From Parcubacteria group bacterium M10-OD1-1 (lineage in GTDB: Bacteria; Patescibacteriota; Minisyncoccia; Moranbacterales; UBA2206): a stretch of 64,000 nucleotides of DNA. Every line of letters starts with the position of its first letter. Within the stretch, counting starts at the first letter, position 1. Location of the stretch: NCBI GenBank assembly GCA_003056145.1, contig LSNL01000003.1, positions 73,993 to 137,992 of the forward strand, given 5' to 3'. Positions 1 through 9,211 of this stretch are shown here, piece after piece. The notes beneath the pieces are model-generated. The model was given only the letters and a program-made list of their open reading frames with translations, was not told where the DNA came from and ran no database searches. A program made the translations under genes and the position numbers.

Positions 1-171
1 AAACCGAGTGCTTGCCAATGTGGATTAGTTCTTCAGGGATTAGTAGAGGCTAAGCAATGTCCTCTTTTTGGTCGGAGTTGTACGCCAGATAATCCTCAAG
101 GTGCTTGTATGGTTTCAGTGGAGGGTAGCTGTAATGTAGAGTTTCGTTATGTCCAGAATAACAAATAAGTT
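1..171 (+). CDS. hypD: HypD hydrogenase maturation factor, C-terminal fragment (5' end lies outside the window)
   Basis: Frame 1 translates to ...CQCGLVLQGLVEAKQCPLFGRSCTPDNPQGACMVSVEGSCNVEFRYVQNNK*. This matches the Cys-rich HypD C-terminus (CPLFG..C..P..P.GACMVS.EG.C) and overlaps the hypE start in the usual operon arrangement. Confidence 0.7.
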
Positions 172-1177
172 AAGAAGTTTATTATTAGAAAAGATGGAAA
201 AAAATAAAACAATTGAATTAGAAGCTGGAGCTGGTGGAAAAAAATCTAATGATTTGATTTCTCAAATTAAAAAGAATTTAATGTTTCAATCGCGATGGAA
301 AAATACAGATGATGATGGAGCGACTTTTACTATTGGTAAAGAGCATTTAACTTTTACAGCAGATGCTTTTATTGTGGATCCTTTATTTTTCCCAGGTGGT
401 GATATTGGAAAAATTGCAATTTGTGGTACGATTAACGATTTATCGGTAATGGGAGCTCGTCCAATTGGAATAGCGTTGAGTTTAGTTATTGAAGAAGGTT
501 TTCCAGAAAAAGATTTGCAAAAAATTATCCAGTCTATTGGTAAAATTTCTAAAGCTACTGGAGTACCAATTGTAACAGGTGATACTAAAGTAACTGAAAA
601 AGGGAAAATTGATAAACTAGAAATTACTACTGCTGGAGTAGGGATAGCGAAGAAAATAATTCAAAATAATGGTGCGCGAGTAGGTGATGTTGTTGTTGCT
701 TCAGGTAATTTAGGTGAACATGCTGTTGCCTTGTTAGCTAAAAGATTTAATTATCAAAGTAAAATAAAAAGTGATTGTCGGCCACTCATTTTAGAGCTAC
801 AAGCAGTAGGAAAATATTTAACTTCCTGTAAAGATCCTACTAGAGGAGGGTCAGCGGCTGTTTTAAATGAAATAGCGGAGAAGTCTAAAATTAAAATTTT
901 ATTAGAAGAAGAACGATTACCTTTTGCTAAAGAAGTAGTTGCTTTATCAGAACTTTTGGGCATTGATAAATTCTCTTTTCCTTCGGAGGGGCGTTTTGTA
1001 GCAACTACTCCCCAAAAATATGCTTCTAAAGTTATTAAAATCCTTCAAAAATATAATTCAGAAGCTAAAATAATTGGAACTGTGCAAAAAGGAAAAGGTG
1101 TTTATCTCAAAACATCGTTAGGAGGAACTAAAATAATTGATGTTCCTCAAGGAAAATTAATTCCAAGAATTTGTTAA
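149..1177 (+). CDS. hypE: HypE carbamoyl dehydratase (AIR-synthase-related, PurM-like)
   Basis: Strong match to HypE core motifs: VDPLFFPGGDIGKIAICGTINDLSVMGA, VTGDTKV, ITTAGVGI. Typical length. Confidence 0.85.
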   Translation: MSRITNKLRSLLLEKMEKNKTIELEAGAGGKKSNDLISQIKKNLMFQSRWKNTDDDGATFTIGKEHLTFTADAFIVDPLFFPGGDIGKIAICGTINDLSVMGARPIGIALSLVIEEGFPEKDLQKIIQSIGKISKATGVPIVTGDTKVTEKGKIDKLEITTAGVGIAKKIIQNNGARVGDVVVASGNLGEHAVALLAKRFNYQSKIKSDCRPLILELQAVGKYLTSCKDPTRGGSAAVLNEIAEKSKIKILLEEERLPFAKEVVALSELLGIDKFSFPSEGRFVATTPQKYASKVIKILQKYNSEAKIIGTVQKGKGVYLKTSLGGTKIIDVPQGKLIPRIC

Positions 1178-1181
1178 TTTT

Positions 1182-2363
1182 TTAATTATTAAGTAGCCAA
1201 AAAATAATTTGTCCTAAGCTAATCCCAGCATCTCCGCGGGGTATTATTGAATCCAATGCTTCGGCGGTTGAATCGTTGGATTTTTTTTTGTTAAAATAGT
1301 TAGAGATTATTTTGTTATTGCTAATTCCACCTGAAAGAATAAGCTGTTGCTTATTTTTTGAATTTTTCTTTTGATGAACAGTTTTTAATGCATAATTCTT
1401 AACAATTTCTTCCAGTCCTTGTATAATATAAATTTGTGCAGTGGCAGCTAGGCGTTTAGGATCACGGGGAATGTTTCCATTTACATTTCCAGGTATATAC
1501 TTAAGTATATACTTAAGTATATACGTAGTATCTAAAATAAGCTTGGTTTTACTTTTCTTTATAATTTTTGGATGAAAGTCTTTATAGGGAATAGTGGAAT
1601 TTTTTTCTAGTAAATGTGTTGCTTCGTGCTTATAGGTTCTTTGGTTTTTTGCAAAGCCTAAGAGTACGGAAATAGCATCTAAGATTCTACCCGTGCTGGA
1701 AGTTTCAATGCAATTAAAATTCTGCTCAAGCTGATTAAATAAAAGTTCAAATTGATTTTTAGTATAATATTTTTTTACATAACTATAGATACTTTCTTTT
1801 TTTTGAAAATTACTGAGAATGCTGATAAGAATTCTGGCAGGTTCTTTAATTGCTAGTTCACCGCCAATCATTATTTGGTTTTCCAAATGTCCTATTCTCG
1901 TTGTTTGCATTTTTAAGCTTGAAATTTTAAAAACCTCTCCACCCCAAATTTTTCCATCTGTTCCATATCCAGTGCCATCAAGAGCAAGTCCATAAATAGT
2001 GTTGGGTGTCTGGATTTTATTATTTTGTATGAAATTATTTCCAATTTGGGAAAAAATATGAGCAAGGTGATGCTGAATCTGGAGATAGTCAGCTTTAAAT
2101 TTTTTAGCCAAATTTTTCCCCAAAATTGTGGTTATATAATTTGGATGAAGGTCAGTCAGTACTATGTTTGGGCGTAACTGGTTTTTTCTTAGAAAAATTT
2201 CTAAAGTAGCTTTGTATTTTTTAAAATTTTTATCATCCAAAAGATCGCCGAAATCTTCGGATAAATAGATTGCCTTATTAGAATAGACGGAAAAATTACC
2301 AGCAGATTCGGCGCCTAAGGCCAAAATAATTTTATTTTTTTGAAGGGGGATATTTAAGATCAT
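1182..2363 (-). CDS. HypF-like carbamoyltransferase, Kae1/YgjD-like domain only; no acylphosphatase, Zn-finger or YrdC domains
   Basis: HHLAH motif and a C-terminal LSGG...PRGDAGISLGQ as in the HypF Kae1-like domain. At 393 aa it is about half a canonical HypF. Convergent with hypE. Confidence 0.55.
   Translation of the reverse strand: MILNIPLQKNKIILALGAESAGNFSVYSNKAIYLSEDFGDLLDDKNFKKYKATLEIFLRKNQLRPNIVLTDLHPNYITTILGKNLAKKFKADYLQIQHHLAHIFSQIGNNFIQNNKIQTPNTIYGLALDGTGYGTDGKIWGGEVFKISSLKMQTTRIGHLENQIMIGGELAIKEPARILISILSNFQKKESIYSYVKKYYTKNQFELLFNQLEQNFNCIETSSTGRILDAISVLLGFAKNQRTYKHEATHLLEKNSTIPYKDFHPKIIKKSKTKLILDTTYILKYILKYIPGNVNGNIPRDPKRLAATAQIYIIQGLEEIVKNYALKTVHQKKNSKNKQQLILSGGISNNKIISNYFNKKKSNDSTAEALDSIIPRGDAGISLGQIIFWLLNN
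1493..1524. repeat. 12-bp tandem repeat (ttaagtatatac, about 2.7 copies) inside the HypF-like CDS, encoding (LKYI)n
   Basis: Read directly from the sequence: gtatatac ttaagtatatac ttaagtatatac. Confidence 0.7.
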
Positions 2364-2547
2364 ATCTCTAGTATAATTAAAATTAGAAGATAATCAAAAT
2401 ATTAAAACAGTTTAAAATTTATTAAAAAGCAAAATACTTATTATTTACTTTCCATAATTTAGTAAGAAATTACTCAAAGAGTGTAAGTATAATTTCAATT
2501 TTCTTGGCTCTATTCTCTTGATTAACTAAATGATATAGAATTAAAAT

Positions 2548-3270
2548 ATGGAATATAAATATCAAGGTGTTATCTTTAGTAAAATAGATGTTGGTGAAGT
2601 AGATAGAATTTATAGTATCTACACTTTAGAAGCTGGTATAATTAGAGTTTTAGCTAAGGGAGTCAGAAAACCTAATGCTAAATTAGCTGGGAATTTAGAG
2701 CCGATTACCTATTTGGAAATATTTGTAGTAAAGAATAAAGGAATGGGGAAAATTATTGGAGCAATTCCACTTAATAATTTTTCACAAATCAAAGAAAATA
2801 TTGTTTCGCTAGAAAATATTTTTTATGTTTTTAATATATTTAATCAACTAATTACTCAAGAAGAGCAAGATGCTCAAGTGTTTAATTTTTTAATCGTATT
2901 TTTAATTTCTTTGGATGAATTAACTTTGTCAGGGAAAAATGAAATTAAAATAACTATCTTTACTGTTGGGTTTTTATTTAAATTGTTAAGCGCGTTGGGT
3001 TATGAGTTGCAAATGCAAGAATGTGTAAATTGTTTGCAAAAAATCACACCGCGAGAAAATTATTTTAATTCTGCCAAAGGAGGAATTATCTGCCCTAAAT
3101 GTTCAGCTAGAGAAATAAGAAAAATTAAAATTAATGATGAAACAATAAAGTTGATTAGAATATTTTTAAATAATAAAATTGAAAATTTTGGTAAATTAAA
3201 AGTAGAGCCAAATATTTTGAATAATTTAAAAATTATTTTAAATGATTATTTGCATTGGATAAATAATTAG
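2548..3270 (+). CDS. recO: DNA repair protein RecO
   Basis: N-terminal OB-fold-like region plus a CxxC...CxxC zinc motif (ECVNCL...ICPKCS). 240 aa. Confidence 0.7.
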   Translation: MEYKYQGVIFSKIDVGEVDRIYSIYTLEAGIIRVLAKGVRKPNAKLAGNLEPITYLEIFVVKNKGMGKIIGAIPLNNFSQIKENIVSLENIFYVFNIFNQLITQEEQDAQVFNFLIVFLISLDELTLSGKNEIKITIFTVGFLFKLLSALGYELQMQECVNCLQKITPRENYFNSAKGGIICPKCSAREIRKIKINDETIKLIRIFLNNKIENFGKLKVEPNILNNLKIILNDYLHWINN

Positions 3271-3317
3271 TTGTTAAAAAAGCTAAAATTTAGTAAAATT
3301 AAAGTAAATGAAAGATC

Positions 3318-3347
3318 TTGACAACTATATTTTAATAAGAATAAAAT
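3318..3347 (+). promoter_or_regulatory. Putative sigma70-type promoter (TTGACA-N18-TAAAAT) upstream of the DUF11 gene
   Basis: Hexamers read from the sequence, about 20 bp upstream of the predicted start. Confidence 0.3.
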
Positions 3348-3364
3348 TAATCAATTATTAATCA

Positions 3365-5275
3365 TTGACGATGTCACTTTTTGATATTAAAGACAAATTA
3401 TATAAAAGAAAAGTTTCTAAGGATATATCTCAGCATCAAGTTAGTCAGTATAATCCTAAAACTGAAAAACTCAATGAGGAACCTTCAAAATTTCAAAAGG
3501 AAGATTTGTGGTTGAAAAAAAAACAAGGATTAGGAGCTACTGAAAAAAAAGTTATTAAAAAAGGGATATTAGCTTTAGGAATAATTATTGCTATCATTTT
3601 AATTAGCGCTATAACTTATGAAGTGCGTCGAGTAGTGTTTACTAAAAGTGGTGTTTTTATGTCTATTGATGGTTCAACTCAAGCACGAAGTGGAAAACTT
3701 TTAACCTACACTATTAAATATAAAAATAATAATTGGGTAGATATAAAAAATACTACTTTAGAAATTTCTTATCCAGAAGCTTTTAAGCCAACTAATAATA
3801 CTAATTTTCAAAAAGAAAGTCCAACTTCAGGAATTATAAAACTAGGAACCATCAAGAGACATAGTCAGGGTAAGGTTGTTTTTAACGGAAAAGCTTACAG
3901 CCCTAAAGGAGCTCTTATCTATTTACGAGCTAATCTAAAATATCAACCGTCTAGTTTTAGCGGACAATTTCAAACTAAATCTCAAATCGGGGTTAATATT
4001 ACATCTGCTCCTATCAGTGTAGAAATTGAAGCTCCCCAAAACATTTCTAGTGGTAATCAAATAAATTATCTTATTACTTATCGTAATAATGGATCAGAAG
4101 CTTTTGAAAATTTAAAAATAAAAATTGATTATCCGGATCAGTTTACTTTTTCTCACTCTAATCCTCGTTCGTTAGAAGGAAATAATATTTGGTATTTAGG
4201 TAATTTATCTCCTGGACAATCAGGGAAAATTATTATTACTGGAAAATTAGAAGGAGAACGAAATAAAATTAAAACTGCTAGAGTTTATATCGGGACAACT
4301 GAGCAAGATGGTTTTATGAGCTATAGCGAAGAAAGCATCGCGACAAAAATTGTGGCTTCTCCTCTGTCTATTACACAGACTGTTAATGGAGTTCAACATC
4401 TGAATGTCAACGCTGGCGAAATTCTTAATTTTAAAATAATGTTTAAGAATGATGGAAATATTGGCTTGCGAGATGTTATCGTGAAAGAAAAATTAGCTAG
4501 TTCAGTTTTAGATTATTCAACTCTCGATATGCAAGGAGGAAGCTATAACGCTGATGATAAAATTATTACTTGGAAAGCTTCTGATATTCCAAACTTCAAA
4601 AGTTTAGATCCTGGACAAGGAGGAACGATAATTTTTAGTATTCAGATTAAAAATGTTATTCAAGTCAAAAATAAAAATGATAAAAACTTTGTGATTTCTA
4701 GTGTGGCAACTATTGATAGTCCAGATATTCCTACGCCAATCACTATGAATAAAATAATTGCAGGGAACATTATGGATATGAAATTAAATTCAAAATTAAT
4801 TTTAGCTACTAAAGGATATTATGATGATCAAAAAATTTCTAATTCTGGACCTATTCCTCCAAAGGTTGGACAAGCTACGACATATACTATCCATTGGTTA
4901 ATTACTAACATCTCTAATGATTTATCAAAAGCGAAAGTGGAAGCTTTCTTGCCGACTAATGCTTTAATGACTGGAAAAACTTTTCCAACGGGAGCTAATT
5001 TAGATTATAATCAAAGAACTAATTCTATTGTTTGGAATGTAGGTAATGTGAAATCAGGAGTAGGAATCTTAACTTCACCCAAGGAAGTGGCTTTTCAAGT
5101 TCAGATAAAACCTTCTCCAGATCAAATTGGCAAAGAAGTAAAACTTCTTGGTCAGTCTATTTTAACCGCAAAGGATGATTTTACTGAAGCTAACTTAAAA
5201 CAAGTTAGTAATCAGAAAACAACTAATCTTTCAGAAGACAGTTCTTTGATATCAAAAAGTCGAGTAACGAACTAA
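3365..5275 (+). CDS. Membrane-anchored surface protein with about four DUF11-type conserved-repeat domains
   Basis: N-terminal TM helix. Repeated blocks of the G(D/N)x(I/L)xYxIxxxN.G type: LLTYTIKYKNN, INYLITYRNNG, ILNFKIMFKNDG, TTYTIHWLITN. The true start is probably the ATG at 3371. Confidence 0.5.
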   Translation: MTMSLFDIKDKLYKRKVSKDISQHQVSQYNPKTEKLNEEPSKFQKEDLWLKKKQGLGATEKKVIKKGILALGIIIAIILISAITYEVRRVVFTKSGVFMSIDGSTQARSGKLLTYTIKYKNNNWVDIKNTTLEISYPEAFKPTNNTNFQKESPTSGIIKLGTIKRHSQGKVVFNGKAYSPKGALIYLRANLKYQPSSFSGQFQTKSQIGVNITSAPISVEIEAPQNISSGNQINYLITYRNNGSEAFENLKIKIDYPDQFTFSHSNPRSLEGNNIWYLGNLSPGQSGKIIITGKLEGERNKIKTARVYIGTTEQDGFMSYSEESIATKIVASPLSITQTVNGVQHLNVNAGEILNFKIMFKNDGNIGLRDVIVKEKLASSVLDYSTLDMQGGSYNADDKIITWKASDIPNFKSLDPGQGGTIIFSIQIKNVIQVKNKNDKNFVISSVATIDSPDIPTPITMNKIIAGNIMDMKLNSKLILATKGYYDDQKISNSGPIPPKVGQATTYTIHWLITNISNDLSKAKVEAFLPTNALMTGKTFPTGANLDYNQRTNSIVWNVGNVKSGVGILTSPKEVAFQVQIKPSPDQIGKEVKLLGQSILTAKDDFTEANLKQVSNQKTTNLSEDSSLISKSRVTN

Positions 5276-5303
5276 AAAGTAAAACTAAAATTTTAGCAAC
5301 TAA

Positions 5304-6461
5304 ATGATTGAACAAATATTTAAAATACAAGCGAAAAAAAATCAAAGTCGGAAAGGAATTTTAAAAACTAAAAGAGGAGCCATTCAAACTCCTTTTTTTA
5401 TGCCTGATGCAACTAGGGGATTTGTACGATCTTTAAATAATAATGATTTGATAGATTTAGAAATGGGTCCAATGGTGGTTAATACTTTCCATCTTTATCT
5501 AAAACCAGGAATGGAATTAATAAAAAAAGTGGGTGGAATTAACAATTTTATGGACTGGAACAATCCATTACTTTCGGATTCAGGTGGTTATCAAATTTTT
5601 TCTTTAATTCATAAAAATCCGAAAATGGGAAAAATCACTGATTATGGTGTTGAATTTCGTTCTCCAATTGATGGCTCGCTTCATTATTTAACTCCTGAAA
5701 AAGCTATTGAAATTCAATTTGATTTAGGCGTGGATATGATGGTAGTTTTTGATGATCCGCCGCCTAATGGTTATACCAAAGAGAAAATTTCTCAAGCCGT
5801 GAAAAGAACTATCAGTTGGGCAAAAAGATGTAAAATTGAATATAAAAAACAAATAAAAAAAAGGAAATTATCAGAAATAGAAAAGCCACTTATTTTTGGT
5901 GTTATTCAAGGTGGTAAATATTTAGATTTAAGGGAACATTGCGCTCAAGAGCTAGTGAAAATTGGTTTTGATGGCTATGGATTTGGGGCTAGACATATTG
6001 ATGAGAAAGGTAATCTAATGGAAGAAGTGGTAAAAACTACAGCTGAATTTATTCCTCCTGAATCTTTGCGGTTTGCTTTGGGAGTGGGAACTCCCCAAGA
6101 TATTGTAAAAATGCATTCTTTAGGTTGGGATATGTTTGATTGTGTTATTCCAACTAGAGAAGGACGGCACGGAAAAATTTTTCTTTGGACAGCAGAAGCT
6201 AGAAAAATAATTCAAGCTAAAGATGAACTCGTTAAGTTACCAAAAGAATTTTATCAAATTATCAATATCAACAATGAAAAGTTCAAGGAAGATTTTACTG
6301 CAGTTGATTCTGAGTGCGATTGTGAGCTTTGTAAAAATCACACTAAGGCATATCTTCGGCATTTATTTTCTTCTAAGGAGCCATCGGGTGGACGATTAGT
6401 TTCATTACATAATTTAAAATTTTATGCTGAGTTAATGAAAAAATTAAGAGAAGAAAAATAA
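5304..6461 (+). CDS. tgt: Queuine tRNA-ribosyltransferase (tRNA-guanine transglycosylase)
   Basis: TIM-barrel Tgt motifs plus a C-terminal Zn site (CDCELC...H). Confidence 0.85.
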   Translation: MIEQIFKIQAKKNQSRKGILKTKRGAIQTPFFMPDATRGFVRSLNNNDLIDLEMGPMVVNTFHLYLKPGMELIKKVGGINNFMDWNNPLLSDSGGYQIFSLIHKNPKMGKITDYGVEFRSPIDGSLHYLTPEKAIEIQFDLGVDMMVVFDDPPPNGYTKEKISQAVKRTISWAKRCKIEYKKQIKKRKLSEIEKPLIFGVIQGGKYLDLREHCAQELVKIGFDGYGFGARHIDEKGNLMEEVVKTTAEFIPPESLRFALGVGTPQDIVKMHSLGWDMFDCVIPTREGRHGKIFLWTAEARKIIQAKDELVKLPKEFYQIININNEKFKEDFTAVDSECDCELCKNHTKAYLRHLFSSKEPSGGRLVSLHNLKFYAELMKKLREEK

Positions 6462-6481
6462 ATTTTTTTAAGTTTTTGAAG

Positions 6482-6545
6482 ATGAAAAATAATTTAGAAC
6501 TTTTAGCTCCAGCGGGGAGTTTGGAAAAAATGAAATATGCCATTC
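6482..6545 (+). repeat. Direct repeat, copy 1 (64 bp, perfect)
   Basis: Identical to 7266-7329. Confidence 0.85.
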
Positions 6546-6562
6546 TACAAAAAATGTTGTAG
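6482..6562 (+). pseudogene. Truncated duplicate of the U32 peptidase 5' end (26 codons, MKNNLELLAPAGSLEKMKYAI then diverges to a stop)
   Basis: The first 64 nt are identical to 7266-7329, the start of the intact U32 gene. Confidence 0.6.
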
Positions 6563-6642
6563 TTTAGTATATTCTTTGATATATTAAAGGAAGGAAAACA
6601 ATGGTTACAGTTCATTAAACAACAAAAAGGGAGGATAGGATA

Positions 6643-7062
6643 ATGAGAAGGTATTTTTATGGAATCGTATCGTATATTTTGCGTATAGTGACAAAAAAAA
6701 GAAAAAAAATAATTCCAATTGGAATTCCGAAGATTAGTGCTGTTAATCTTTTTGGTATCGGCATTAGCCAAAGAGCAATGGTTGTCAGTAAAAGATTTAG
6801 AGGATATAGAGGAAGCGTGAAAATAGATAAAATTCCGTCAACAGTCATAAAAGGAAATACCTCTGCTATGCGTAAAGCATGGCTAGGTATAAGAGTGAGA
6901 GGATTTTTATTTTCTCCAAACATTTTCTGTTCGGATTTTTCCGACTGTATAGAGCAGTTGGAGAAAAAAGGAGAAAAAAATTATGCGGAGTTTTTGCGAA
7001 AAATACAAGAAGATCCAGATTATCTTCTTTTTGAAAGATGTTTTTCCTGTTTTAAGAGATGA
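6643..7062 (+). CDS. Hypothetical basic 139-aa protein encoded within the 720-bp insert
   Basis: Open frame followed by a strong hairpin. No recognisable family. Could equally be non-coding. Confidence 0.25.
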   Translation: MRRYFYGIVSYILRIVTKKRKKIIPIGIPKISAVNLFGIGISQRAMVVSKRFRGYRGSVKIDKIPSTVIKGNTSAMRKAWLGIRVRGFLFSPNIFCSDFSDCIEQLEKKGEKNYAEFLRKIQEDPDYLLFERCFSCFKR

Positions 7063-7068
7063 AAATAT

Positions 7069-7095
7069 GGGGATTTGGGCAATGTCCAAATCCCC
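7069..7095 (+). terminator. Perfect 10-bp-stem hairpin (ggggatttgg-gcaatgt-ccaaatcccc) followed by a T-rich stretch
   Basis: Read from the sequence, 6 nt after the stop of the 139-aa ORF. Confidence 0.35.
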
Positions 7096-7265
7096 GTTGT
7101 GTTAGTTTAATAAGTAAAAATACATAGCTACTTATAGCATAAAAGTATCTTCTGAGTTTAATTTTGAAAATTATTATTTGTGGGAGTATGATGTTTGTGA
7201 AAGAAATGATGAATTTAGTAGAATCAATAGAGTAAGCAGTTTGAGTATTTTTAAATATAAATTTT

Positions 7266-7329
7266 ATGAAAAATAATTTAGAACTTTTAGCTCCAGCGGG
7301 GAGTTTGGAAAAAATGAAATATGCCATTA
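7266..7329 (+). repeat. Direct repeat, copy 2 (64 bp, perfect), overlapping the U32 peptidase start
   Basis: Identical to 6482-6545. Confidence 0.85.
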
Positions 7330-8516
7330 AATATGGGGCGGATGCGGTTTATGCTGGTGTGCCTGATTTTTCATTACGAGCAAGAATTAACGCTTTTACT
7401 TTTGAAACTTTAAAAAAGGGTGTGGATTATGCACATAAAAAAAGTAGAAAATTCTATATAACTTTAAATATTTACGCGCACAACCAACATTTTGAAAAAT
7501 TAGAAAAACATTTGCAAGAATTGCAAAAAATTGAGATTGATGGAATTATTGTCAGCGATCCAGGCGTGTTGGCATTAGTAAAAGAATATTTGCCAAAGGT
7601 GGAAATTCATCTTTCTACTCAAGCGAATGCAACTAATTGGCGGGCGGTGAAATTTTGGGTAGATCAGGGCGTGAAACGAGTAATCCTGGCACGAGAAGTG
7701 ACTTTGGAGGAAATTAAAGAAATTCATCGACGAGTACCAGAAGTAGAGTTAGAATATTTCGTGCACGGAGCAATGTGTATGAGTTATTCAGGGCGGTGCA
7801 TTTTGAGTAAATGGATGAGTGGGCGAAGTGCTAATTTGGGAGATTGCTCACAACCTTGTCGTTGGGGATATAAAAAAGTAGGAGATGAAAAATGCAAAGA
7901 GGAAAGCAAAGAAATGACGGTAGTTGATTATCAGGGAGAATTTGAAATGGAGTTAGAAGAAGATAATAATGGAACCTATTTTTTAAATAGTAAGGACTTA
8001 AACTTATTGACACATTTACAGGATTTAATTTCAGCTGGCGTAACATCATTCAAAATTGAAGGTCGCAATAAAAGTGTGTATTATTTGGCTACCGTAATTC
8101 GCGCTTATCGGAAAGTTTTGGATAATTTAAAAGATAAAAAAATATTGCAAACCGAGTTGGATAATTTAAATGGCTTAGTTAATCGTGGTTATACAGTTGG
8201 ATTTTTACTAGGAGAAGAACCAGAGCATAATTTTGAAAATACACATAATAAGAGTCAATATGAATTTGTGGGGGAAGTTTTAAAAAGTGATAAAGAAAAC
8301 CTAATTAAAATCAAAGTACACAACGCTATTTATACTGATGATGAAATTGAAATTATAAATACAGAAGGAAATTATCCAATAAAAGTTTTTAAAATTTACA
8401 ATGAAAAAATAGAAGAGCAAAAATCAGCCCACGGTGGGCATAAAGAGTTTTATTATTTAAAAATCAACAAAGAAAATATTGAGCTGATGTCGTTATTAAG
8501 AAAAAGAGTAAAATAA
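7266..8516 (+). CDS. Peptidase U32 family protein (collagenase-like; RlhA/TrhP-type)
   Basis: The N-terminus MKNNLELLAPAGSLEKMKYAIKYGADAVY... and length are typical of U32. Cys-rich central motif (CMSYSGRC...GDCSQPCRW). Confidence 0.85.
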   Translation: MKNNLELLAPAGSLEKMKYAIKYGADAVYAGVPDFSLRARINAFTFETLKKGVDYAHKKSRKFYITLNIYAHNQHFEKLEKHLQELQKIEIDGIIVSDPGVLALVKEYLPKVEIHLSTQANATNWRAVKFWVDQGVKRVILAREVTLEEIKEIHRRVPEVELEYFVHGAMCMSYSGRCILSKWMSGRSANLGDCSQPCRWGYKKVGDEKCKEESKEMTVVDYQGEFEMELEEDNNGTYFLNSKDLNLLTHLQDLISAGVTSFKIEGRNKSVYYLATVIRAYRKVLDNLKDKKILQTELDNLNGLVNRGYTVGFLLGEEPEHNFENTHNKSQYEFVGEVLKSDKENLIKIKVHNAIYTDDEIEIINTEGNYPIKVFKIYNEKIEEQKSAHGGHKEFYYLKINKENIELMSLLRKRVK

Positions 8517-8683
8517 TATGAAGATGACAGGATATGAAAATGATAAAAATTAATCTATAAAATTTTATTAGGAACTTTATTTTACAAACGGCAATGGTCT
8601 TGGTGGTAGCAACGGGCTGAGAGTCAATCATTATTTGTCAAAAATTCAGTAACCAAACACTTTTTTTATTGGTAATTTTTTTA

Positions 8684-8728
8684 AAAGAAAATTTAAAATC
8701 CCGCAATCTGTCAATGACAGATTGCGGG
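8684..8728 (-). terminator. Rho-independent terminator (12-bp perfect stem, 5-nt loop, then a U-tract on the minus strand)
   Basis: cccgcaatctgt-caatg-acagattgcggg, with a poly-A on the plus strand immediately 5' (poly-U on minus). Lies just downstream of the 8744..9211 minus-strand gene. Confidence 0.55.
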
Positions 8729-8743
8729 AGTCCAGGAGCTCTT

Positions 8744-9211
8744 TTAAGGAAAATTTGATAATAGGGATAAAATTTCAGCAGGAATGTCAGTATATCCGCT
8801 GACAAACCTATATCCAGAACGGAGTCCAGAAAAATTTTTATCAGTGAAACAACCGAAAGTTTTAGTGTTGGAAAAATAAAAAACTTGCAGAGCCAGCTTT
8901 TTAGCGGCATCAAGCTCATTTATTTTTCCTGTCAGATAAACTTCTGGCAGAGCGTTGAACATTTTCGTTTTAATGTGATTATGTACTGTCCAGAGGACTT
9001 TTTGTTCCTTAGACAGCTTTCCCATCACCGTCTCGTTCGATGCAACTCGATCTTCTGGTGCTGGTGCCGGATTATCGGGATCAATTTGATCCCAGTCAAC
9101 CGGTAAAAGGTCGGTCAGCTTAATCAATTCAGCAATAAAAATTTTTTTACCGAGAGACGTTCTTTTACAATGGTTTATTCGTCCACCGTACAAGCTTGTT
9201 TTTCCGTACAT
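8744..9211 (-). CDS. Hypothetical protein (155 aa), locally GC-richer orphan gene
   Basis: Strong SD (AAGGAGGAG) 8 nt upstream of the ATG and a dedicated terminator. No recognisable family. Confidence 0.45.
   Translation of the reverse strand: MYGKTSLYGGRINHCKRTSLGKKIFIAELIKLTDLLPVDWDQIDPDNPAPAPEDRVASNETVMGKLSKEQKVLWTVHNHIKTKMFNALPEVYLTGKINELDAAKKLALQVFYFSNTKTFGCFTDKNFSGLRSGYRFVSGYTDIPAEILSLLSNFP

Noticed and set aside
6373-7327. Minus-strand ORFs 6373..6771, 6657..6923, 6907..7089 and 7052..7327 from the six-frame track, two of which share an identical N-terminus
   Set aside because: They are mirror artefacts of the 64-bp duplicated segment and the insert. They run antisense to the duplicated U32 start and show no RBS or family signal.
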